From positions 12,710,001-12,774,000 of the forward strand of contig CM022671.1 in the NCBI GenBank assembly GCA_012295275.1: a stretch of 64,000 nt of DNA, written 5' to 3'. Under the pieces are notes generated by a model that was not told the DNA's origin, ran no database searches, and saw nothing but the letters and a program-made list of their open reading frames with translations. This stretch comes from Chrysomallon squamiferum. Taxonomy: Eukaryota; Animalia; Mollusca. The first letter of the stretch is position 1; every line of letters begins with the position of its first letter. Positions 26,141 to 36,900 of the stretch are shown one piece after another. The position numbers and the translations under genes were made by a program.

Positions 26141-29100
26141 AGATCTAAAGAACGTAAATATTCAAGAAAATCTGACTGAAACTCATGCCCAGGAAACAGT
26201 TAACAAAATTCTTCAAACTAATGGATGGGTTACCATATCTGGAATTCAAGGTAATGGAAAGACAACTCTAGCATTCCAGACAGCTCAAAAATATCAACAG
26301 ATGGGTTATACAGTGAAAATAGTTCCAGACTTGGAATCATTCAACAGCAGTGTGTTTATAACCTCAACAGAAAATGTACTGTTAGTGTTTGATGATGTTT
26401 TCAGTTTTGACAACTTCACATCAGTGAATTCAATATTATCTCTAAACAAATTTTTAGATAACCTTGAAAACTGGTCAAAACAAAAAAACCTAGACCCATC
26501 ATACAGGATCAGTAATGATAGAAAAAGAATGATTTGGATATGCTCTGATAGAAAACTAATGTTCACTACAACAACAAAACAACTGAATGATGCCATAGCA
26601 ATTTTCCCTATATTAAGAAATACATGGTTCAAGGCATCTACAGTGATTGACATCAGTTCCAGATTTCCTCTCACTGAAAAATATAAACAGCTTCTTTTAC
26701 AAAACCATCTGAAGCAGGATACTTTGAGCAGAGACATTGTCATTGCTGGTTCCATACCAGAATCATCACAACTAGGATTTCCACTGACTTGCTTAATACT
26801 TAAACAGTTTGAAGAGTTTCAGAAGGACTGTACTGCATTTCTTCAAGACCCACTGAATTACATAATCAGTAAGATTCAATCACTGTTGGAAGCTAGAGAC
26901 AGTATCACAGTCTTGCTCTTATTAATGGTTGTAAACAATGGCAAACTATCATTAGACAACCTAAAAAGATCATCCAGCAAACTGATAAACCAGCTCAACA
27001 GTATTGCATCTCACACTGATATTGGTATGTCCAATGTTATTCAGTCTATACTGAAATTAATAGAAGATGAAAGAGAAATTTGTCTTTCAACACAGAAAGA
27101 CAAAACAGAATTAAGCATGATCAGTCCATCAATATTCAATATGCTGGTATACTGCACAGGACTTGTATATCCAAACTTCCTCATAGATCAATGTCCTTAC
27201 AATCTTCTTGCAAACAGGATGAAGGTGCCAATGACTGGAGATACATATTATATTAAAATGAAGAACAAACATCACATTCTGCTGGTTCAGAGACTTGTAT
27301 GTGAAATAGCTGAAGGCAACTTTGATGGGCCCATTGAGGACAGTTCCTGGCAAAATCCAGAAATAGCTGACAGTGTAATAAAAGAACTGGAAAACCATAG
27401 AATGTTTCATACCTTAACTCACAGTCAGGATTCAAACAACGGACTACATTTCTTATTCTGGGCAGCACGTTGTCTTTCTACTAAACTGCTCCAAAAAGCC
27501 ATGGATACTGACTATTTCAGCATAGAAGAAAAGATGGAAGGAATAATATCTTGTTGTATTTGTGGAAACACTACAGCACTGGACATTTTTCTTCAGCACA
27601 GTCTGCTGGATTCAAATGTATTTTGTACAGAAGTTAAAAACAAGAACAAACAAAATTTACAAAACAGACAGACATTACAGATGTTCAGTAGAAGAAATGA
27701 TAAACCAATTCACATTGCATGCAAATATGGTCATACTGATACAGTGTTAAGAATCTTGAAGGATGGGATAGATATTGAATCCCGAGGATCTGGTAACATG
27801 ACACCACTGCTGACAGCTGTAACCTGGGCCCATTCATCTCTTGCTAAAATTCTCATAAATGAAGGTGCCAATATAACAGCTGTTGATTCTGCTGGACAAA
27901 ACTGTTTGCACAAAGCCTGTTACTTAGGCCTTGAAGATTTGGTTTCCTTTTTGCTGAAAGAAGATATCAATATAAATGAGCCTGACAAAAACAATAATAC
28001 TTGTCTCCATCTGGCATACAATGGGAACAATAAGATTATTGTAAATATGTTGCTAGAAAAGAAAATTGACATCAATGCAAGAGGACATCATCTTAGAACA
28101 CCTATAATGGAGGCCAGTCACTATGGTTTCGCTGACTTAGTTAATTTCCTCCTCGAACAAGGTGGAGACATTCATTTGACAGATGAGCATGGAGATAATT
28201 CACTTATGATAGCATGTGAATATGGTCACAGAGAGGTAGTTAAAGTGCTTTTAAAGTCAGGACTAGATATCAATGGCACAGGCAGATGCAAAAGGACACC
28301 ATTAATGACAGCTGTTGTTTCAAGGTCACTAGAACTTGTAGAGTTCCTCATAGAACAAGGAGCAGATTTCTCCCATACTGATATCTATGGACTGAACTGT
28401 CTGATGCTTGCTTGTGCAAAAGGTTGCACTGACATTGCAGTATTCTTTATAAGTATTGGGATGGACATAAATGACAAAGGAAAAACAGAATTCTCTCCAC
28501 TTTTGTTTAGCTGTTTTTCTGGATCAGTAGACTTGGTAGAAGAACTAATTCTTAATGGTGCTGACATCAACACTACTGACAATAACAAAAATAACTGTTT
28601 GCTGCTTGCCAGTCAAGAAACAAATATGGATATTGTGCAAAGGTTGGTTAAGTATGGTATAAATGTTGACTGTCAAAATAAATGGGAATGGACACCTTTG
28701 TTAATTGCCAGCCAGAGTGGATCTGCAAAGCTTGTTCAAGAATTGCTTAACAATGGTGCAAACATAAAAGAAGAAGGAAACAACAGCTTAGTGCTTTCGT
28801 GTTTGAATGGTCATATTAGCATTATGAAAGTACTACTTGATGCTGGAGTTGGTGTGAATGGTAGGAGTTCTTGGGACCAGACACCATTATCAGCAGCATG
28901 CCATTCACAATCAGTGGAACTGATTAAAATGCTGATTGAGGGAGGAGCTAATATTAATGACAGTGATCACAATGGAAATAGCTGCCTGATCACTGCTTGT
29001 GAGGTAGGGCAGAGAGATGCTGCTATACAGCTGGTCAGAACTCAGATGGACATCAACTGCAGAGGTGGTGCTGGACAAACACCTTTGATGGCTGCATCAT

Positions 29101-31735
29101 ATTCTGGTAATATTGAATTAGTTAATGAACTAATATATATGGGAGCTGATGTCAGTCTTGTGAATGAGGAAAACAATAATGCTTTGGCAATAGCCTGTGC
29201 TATGGGGCACAAGGAGATTGCTATGAGGTTAGTAAACTCTGGATTAAGTGTTAATTGTCGGGGTTATAAAAACAAAACACCATTGATATCTGCTGTGCAG
29301 TCCAGTGCTCATGAATTAAAAGAACACTTTTTGCTGCAGGGTGAGGCATCATGTGAAGCAGCAACCTATTTCCTTCAGACTGGAGCAGGGAATGCTGATC
29401 TTGTTGAATTCCTCATTGAGCAAGGAGCTGATCTCTTCATTACAGATGATGATAGAAACAACTGTCTGATATTAGCTTGTACCAAAGGATACCTTGACAC
29501 AACAATGAGACTTGTGTCATACGGTATAGACATAAATTCATTTGGTCATAATAATATGACACCTCTGATGGCAGCTTGCCAATCTGGCTTTCTTACACTT
29601 GTTGTTTTTCTCTTAGATAATGGTGCAAACATTTCTCTGAAAGACAGTGAAGGAAATAACTGTTTGATGTATGCTTGTTTGTATGGTCAGATGCCCATAG
29701 TAGCCAAACTTGTTACATCTGGCCTGGATGTCAACTGCTGTAATGATAAAAATCAAAGACCAGTTATGTTAGCTGTCTATTCTGGCTCAATGGAAATAGT
29801 TGAGTTGTTGGTGCAAAAAGGAGCAGATCTGTATCTTCAGGACAAATCAGAATCAGACTGTTTGTTTTTGGCCTGTCAATCAGGTAACAAAGAAATGGTT
29901 CTGAAAATACTGGATTATGGCATTGACATCAACACTAGAGGAAAGGACAGCAGAACACCGCTGATGGCAGCCTGCCTTGCTGGATCATCAGACATTGTTA
30001 ATTTTCTAATAGGCAGAGGTGCCAACATTAATCTTACAGATAAGCATGGAACTAACTGTTTTGAAATGGCAGCAAAGAGTGGAAATTGTGCAGAAATTAC
30101 AAAAGAACTTTTGCTGTGTGGATTTGATGTGAACATACAAGACAACTGTGGTAAAACACCATTGTTAGAAGCAAGCTTGTCAGGATCAGTGGATGTGGTT
30201 ATCAACCTCATAAAATGTGGAGTTCAACTTGACCTGTGTGACAAAAACAAAAACAATGCCTTTAATTCTAGCTTGTGCTGGAGGACATCTGCAGACTGCT
30301 GCAAAACTTGTGGAAATGGGACAGAATATCAACTGCCAAGGTCAGTGGAAAGCAACTCCTCTGATCACAGCAAGCATGTCAGGAAATGCTGATTTAGTGG
30401 AGCTGCTATTAGCAAATGGAGCTGACATCAACATGACTGATGAATGTGGAAACAATGCCTTGATATCAGCATGTGCTAAAGGCCAGTGGTATTCTGTTAT
30501 AAAACTGGTGGAATATGGAGCTGATATCAATAGCAAAGGTTACTATCAATGGACACCCGTACTGGCAACCAGCTGGAATGGAAGCCAAAAAATTCTGGAC
30601 TTCCTTCTGATAAAAAGAGCAGCAACAAAAGAATGCTGTGCAAATGATGAAATTAAATGTCTGAGTCTGGCAATAGATGAAGGAAATGGAGAAGTTGCTG
30701 TTAAACTGCTTGAACACATTGTTCTGGAACATTTGTAAATAAAATTAAAATTAAGAGCAATTTATTTATATTTGATTCTCTTTTTCTCAACTCATTTTAA
30801 TCAATGTATGTGTGAGTCTGCTATACAAAGTTTTAAAATAAGTGTATATATCTTCATTTTATTCAGCAAACTTCATTAAAGATTAAATTCTTGGTTAATC
30901 TTTTAAAATATCACAATGTGAAATACTTTCACACACATACATACACAAAATACAAATGCATTAGATTTCTTTCTCAAATGATATCTTGATCTTCAAGTTT
31001 GAAATAATTATACCAAAATTATATTTATAAATAATCCTTAAAGTAGAATGTTGTTTAGATCTATATTTAATAATAATCTCATATATTATGTATTTGGTGT
31101 AATGATACAACTGTACAAAATGTTTAATTAGTGTAAGCCAGTCATTATTTCCTTTTCTTTATTTCTTTTTTTCTTTTTTTTCTTTGTTGTTAGTTTTTGC
31201 TGTTGTTGTTGTTGTTTTGGTGACCAATGATAATAATAATAACAATAAATCTTTTTCAGAATTTAACTGATCAACTAAATAATTTTTATTTCACATTCCA
31301 ATTGTTCTTGGGTCTTTTAAAATCTTTTTTAAAATTAGAAATACAAAAAAAGTTGGCAATAAAATTAAATTTATATTAAAACAGCTTTTGTATTGTTATT
31401 TATTCATAGGGTCAGTCCTTTTTAAACTGTTCAAAAATTAACAAATTGCTATAGTCGCAGACATTTTCTCAATTCAAGAATCAAGAAAACTCTTTATAAA
31501 TTATTCAACAAAATATAAATATTAGCTAAGTATTTAATTTAATGAAACTCTATCATACCTGCCTAAACAGCCTTCATATTCTTTCTTTTCTTTTTCTAAA
31601 TTTATTTTAGTGCATTAATCCAAAAGAATTAAAAATAACAATCTTATATTAACCTAATATTAACCTTATATTAACCTAATAAATATATATTTATTTATCT
31701 GGGTTGCGTTTTTTTTCCTAATTTTCTTTTATTTA

Positions 31736-31773
<38 letters not shown>

Positions 31774-32498
31774 CTAAACTGATTAAAATAAACTCATCAT
31801 AAATATCATGTTCACCATTTTAAAAACCTTAATACAGATTTTATAATAATTATGTAAATATTTGTTTTGTTGTTGTTGTTTTTATGGCAGAAAGGTTTCG
31901 GGATTTTAGGATTTTGCTTTGTGTTGATTTTTTGTAACTGTTGGTTTGTTTTTTGGATTGATTTTTAAAAAAATTTCTTTTCTTTTAATTCTGTATTATT
32001 ATTATCTCTTTTCTTTTTTTTCTTTTGTCATTATTTATTTACTTTTTGTTTTGTATTTTGTAGCCTGATGTACATTTCTTATTTTTCATTTCACTATTTA
32101 TTATGATAAATATTCAAACAACTATCATTTAAAATAGCTCACAATAATTATCATTAAAAATTAAATAAATATCAAAATCCTGTCCATTATCTGGGACAAT
32201 TCCATATCAAATTCTGCAAAACTATTTTCTAGTAAACCAAAAAAACCCAACAAATTTTTTCGTGTCAGTTCATATTTATCATCTGATATGTCAAATAATA
32301 TTTCAAGACTAAAAATAACTGCTGAAAATAAAAATATATATAATAATGCTGAAATAACCACTGTTACTATTTAAACTGAATGAAATGTCAGAATGGATTG
32401 TAAACTCATAAAACAATTATAAAATCCAGTTATACATCTAATGATGTTAGAACTGACATGTAACAGATAAACACAATCATGACAATGAATTATAGGTA

Positions 32499-32530
<32 letters not shown>

Positions 32531-32681
32531 ATTAATCATTTAATGTACCGATGTTTGATGCTGTCAGTGTTCAAAAAACCTCAGACGAACTTCCTCATTA
32601 GGCTATTAGAATAACTGTATGATATCTTACCTGAACAAGTTCATTAATAGTGATAGGTGGACCTCTTTCTGCTGTCTGCAT
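19014..32681 (-). CDS. Clathrin heavy chain N-terminal-domain-only protein (beta-propeller plus start of linker), 366 aa, 9 exons
   Basis: Exons 32681-32631 (MQTAERGPPITINELVQ), 23999-23883 (LTDIGIPLDQVTWSRVSMTSDRWISVRH..), 22500-22398 (..SADSILMNPTKPVIALK), 22153-22001 (RFEVFNLDTK..VVYWTWVNSDIIGMVTEMAIYHW), 21321-21203 (PEKMFSRHSRL..KWLAVTGL), 20998-20834 (RIAGITQLFSVD..HAVCFALYK), 20297-20181 (VHVIEL..DFPIALQ), 19712-19539 (GLLFVVTKYSYLYLCDMETATC..GILGITRGGQ) and 19115-19014 (VITVDLKKDNLI..LEKAIM*). All introns are GT-AG, phases are consistent, total 1101 nt. Collinear with CHC residues ~1-355. Confidence 0.88.
19700..19980. repeat. Degenerate ~75-85-nt tandem repeat containing copies of the exon-8 splice acceptor of the clathrin-like gene
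   Basis: The motif TGACYAGATA(CCT) recurs at ~19702, ~19766, ~19834 and ~19916, with shared flanks ATATATTTATACTGTAAGT and TAATAGTC. Confidence 0.65.
25865..30738 (+). CDS. STAND-type (nSTAND3-like) P-loop NTPase with ~30 C-terminal ankyrin repeats; one +1 frameshift near 30262
   Basis: Exon 1 25865-25886 (MLTSIME-G|gtaagc; second ATG at 25880); exon 2 from 26143. Walker A GIQGNGKTT at 26241-26267 lies upstream of the ORF-track start, followed by Walker B LLVFDD, a GFPL motif and a helical region. Ankyrin repeats run from ~27700. GCCTTTAATTCTAGC at ~30258-30272 has one extra T relative to the repeat consensus NALILAC; removing it joins ORFs 26301-30392 and 30217-30738 into ~1538 aa. Confidence 0.85.
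26096..26139. repeat. (ATT)n microsatellite immediately preceding the 26143 splice acceptor
   Basis: An uninterrupted ATT repeat ends in ..TTACAG|ATCTAAAG. Confidence 0.9.
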
Positions 32682-33118
32682 AATTTTCAAACGTTCCTTT
32701 TATACTAATCAGACCACTAAGAGTAAGAACACACATGATCTATAAAATGACATATTTTCGTATGTATGGACATATACATATATTATATATATATATATAT
32801 ATATATACTTTTATTATTATTATTATGATTATTATTATTATTACATTTCTTTCTTTCTTTCTTTCTTGCTTTCTTTTCTTTTATTTTTTTTCAAAGAAAA
32901 CCTACTTTATCGCAACATTTAATAATCTTTTCTCCCTTTCTGAACTCATTTATGAGAAAAAACATGCGAAACTGTTTGACAGGTACAGAGTTGTATCTTC
33001 TAAACTTTACTTCCCGTTATCACTTTATTTTGATTATTACTGTTATATTCTTCAATGACAATTAGTTTTAAAAGAAAAGAAAAATAATAAATTGTTATCA
33101 TTTTATATTAAATTTGGA

Positions 33119-33127
33119 ACCGGAAGT
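33119..33127. promoter_or_regulatory. ETS/GABP-type site in the divergent intergenic region between the clathrin-like gene and SBDS
   Basis: Perfect ACCGGAAGT within the 1.3-kb head-to-head gap (ATGs at 32681 and 33979). Confidence 0.35.
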
Positions 33128-33978
33128 CAGATCTTGTATTAATGGAGTAGGCTACATGAAAATATATAAACTGAAATTAGCCAATAATTAATTTTGTATA
33201 GGCCTATATATTTAGATCTAATTTTATATTTGTTTCAGATAGTTACAATCCAGAGTTCAAATGAACGTAACGTTCTGAGTTTTAAAATAATAATTAAAAC
33301 TTTATACACGTCATTTTCCAGTAATTACAAGTACATTTAAAATGAATAAATGAATTAATGAATTAATAATGTGATGAATTATACGAATATTTCGTGCGTC
33401 CAGTGATAGTAATTCAACTCGTTTTGAGAAACAGTATTATTTATGTCTGAGCAATACCTATTACTTATTCGTCGATATTAGTGTCATAGTAGAGGCTAAG
33501 TGTGCACTATTCTCATCATCATCATCGATCATTATCCTCTTCATTAATATTTGCAATGAAATTAGTATTTATTAAAATTATTAATGATAATATTATGAAA
33601 TAGTATTTTGATTGTAATAGCATTCCAATTACTGAATTAGACGTTTCAATATGCAAAAAACACAAAATATCTCTGTCCAAAACCCCCACCATTTTTCCTG
33701 TTCGTATTGTTGTTAATATCTTCCTAATATTATAAAGCTTGTGATTATTCCCATTAAATCTATAAATTATTAATATTATTCGAAGTGAAAATATTATTAA
33801 TCAGTTATTAGAATATTTACCTGAGATAAATTTTAAAGATTAATCGGAGTAAAGAAAGTATTATCGTGAACTCTTTCGTGTGGTTTTCATTTTTAGTGTC
33901 CACATCCGGTTTGTTCAAGTTTACATATATTCATATTGGTTGAGTTTTCATTATCATTGTGCTTCATATCGTCAAAAG

Positions 33979-36900
33979 ATGTCACGCGTAAAACAACCAA
34001 CTAATCAAAAAAGACTGACAAATGTTGCAAATGTCAGGCTTAAAAAAGGAGGCAAGCGATTCGAGATAGCTTGCTACCCAAATAAAGTGACATCTTGGAG
34101 AAATAAAGTGTAAGTAATTTGCAGCAGTGTAAAGTAAACTGTAATACTTTGGAAAAAGACATCTTAGGCAAAGATAATTCTTCAGAATATTCTGAAATGT
34201 AACGATATAATTATATTTCTAATTCCATTTATATAAATTTGGGTTTAAAACTGTTTAATAACTCAGGTATTTCATTTGTTTTTCATGGTAATCAAATGAA
34301 ATTTTCATGTTAATTATATCAAGGACCAACTATACATGAAACTGTCAATCCTTTGTGATACTCAAATAAATATTGTTTAAAAGAAGCAACAGTAAACAAT
34401 TTTTTTGTTAAATAATGGACATCATCCAGTGACATCATTTAGGTTATGTGACATACATTTATGACTGACAATGTTAGTCAGAAAAAACTGTCTGCACATT
34501 CATGCTCCTAATAGTTATGATAGAAAAAATTGGCATCATGAAATTCTTGGTCTGTAACCTAATAAATAGTGACAAATCTAAGGCTTAAGGCTGTGTTACA
34601 GGAAGCATAAAGTTGTTGACACACGACATTATAATCTTAATACATACTGTTTACTTTTTTCTTATTATTAAATGCTAAATAAACTGTATTTTCAATGAAA
34701 TAATGATTAACATAAATTAAAAATATCATTGTTTAATCATTTGTAAACCTGAGGAATATATTTAAATTTCAGAGAAACTGATATTGATGAGGTGTTGCAA
34801 ACACATACAGTTTTTACTAATGTCTCAAAAGGAGAAGTGGCCAAAACTGAGGATCTTAAAAAGATATTTGGAACAGACAACCACTCAGAAATTTGTCTTC
34901 AGGTAAATTTTATATAACAAATTACATAATGAGTATTGTATTTATAAGTTATTTACAGGTGTAAGTTTGTTTGGGCATATCATTAATATCAGAGGTACAA
35001 CACTTTGAGTAGTTTGCTATCCCTCAGATATCTATTTCACACCAATCCTTTTATATTTTTTTCATGCTGAAGTATATACTGGATACAGCTATGGACTCAG
35101 ATTGCATCTATTTTTCATTTGTAATTTTTAACTATTAAATGTTCATTCAAAATGTTTAGCAAAGTTTATATGTGATTGGTTTGAAACATGACTGCCTTAT
35201 ACAGTATATACAGTATTTTAACAATAATCCTGCACACATTTTTTAATGTTTTACAAGAATCACTTACCAGGCCTTTTCCATTTCCAACCAATGTCCAGAT
35301 TACTAGGTTATCAAATAACATAAAGTGTAGTTTCACACATTGCTTTATGACACTGAGAAGGAGCATGCATAAAATTGTTTGAGTAAGATGAAGAATAACC
35401 AGTGGAGTATTTTGAAGAAAGTTTTCTCTTTCTTGTATTTTAATAGAAATTTAATATTAAAATATTACAGTGTTGTTGATTAAAATTTATTTTCTGTTTG
35501 CAATGTTTGACAGATATTGAGTAAAGGTGAAGTGCAGGTTTCAGAGAAGGAAAGGCATGCTCAACTGGAGTCAATGTTTCGTGACATTGCAACTACAGTA
35601 GCTGACAAGTGTGTAAATCCAGACACCAACAGACCATATACTGTGACACTAATTGAGAAGGCAATGAGAGATCTACATTTTTCAGTAAAACCAACCAAAA
35701 GTACCAAACAACAGGTAGGAGTGTGTGTACATGTTTGCAACCATGTGTGATCTATAATTAAAATACACACTCAGTTTGTGATCTATTGATAGAGATATAA
35801 ATATAGAACAAAACAGTTATAGATGTATTGTTGTTATTAGTATTAAAATACACAGAGCTCGTATTAAAACCCCACAGAATCTGTATTTTAAGAAATTTTG
35901 TTTTTAAAAAGGGAGCCATGTTATTTTGTCCTTGCTGTATTTATCTCTGATATATTTCTTTGATCAAATGCAGTTTTCATATTTTGAAATTCATCTTCTG
36001 GAAATATGGCATCTGACTGCAAGAGCTGATTGATAACAAGTTACTACAGTCTTCATCTCTAATATTTTACCAAACAAAAAACTAATATGTATATATATAT
36101 ATATATTTATACAGTGGTCCCTGGTTGTCCCAGATGTATGTGTATTAAAACCCTTAAATAAACCAAATCTTGTCTATTATGGGTACCGGATCAGTTTTCA
36201 TCTCCAAAGGCTTAAATTATTGGTTAATTACCCTCAACAAACTGTAAGCTGAACTGGTTACCTAACCAGAAACAGCTTACGGCAAGACCTCAGACCAGAC
36301 ATTCTGGCTATCTAGCAGTTATCTGATTGGTGTTCTTATCAGCTGTACTTATCAGCATGGTCAGACTTTTTAGCACCTTACACGTGTAATGAAATTTTAG
36401 ATCTTCACTATGCTGTTATGACAAAGCTTGTTAACCATCTCATGGATTTATGGATTTGATAACAAACAAATTAAAAGTAACGTAGCCTCTTACTCATTGT
36501 TACATTTCATTCACAATTTACAAATCAAATGTAAAGATCTAAAATGCACATATTTTATCATTTATTTCATATATACATGTAAACAAGTGCAGATGTAAAA
36601 ACAAACATCAATACCTGTAAAATGTCTAGTCAACTGCAACCAAAACACTGGTGAATTGAACTTTCATTAAAATCCAAAAATTAATTTAATACGGGATTCC
36701 GAATCAGTACCCAAACTAAAATCAGAAACAGTTAGCTGAAAAATTTGGAATTGGCACTTTGACAGTATCAGATATTTTAAAGAAAAAGAACAAATATTAT
36801 TCTGAAGTAATTCTAATGTAATCTGAGTTTCTGTATTTATGGCAAAAGAGAATTTTCTAAAAATTAGATCCCATTCAAACTGAACCTTTTTTCAAGGTAC

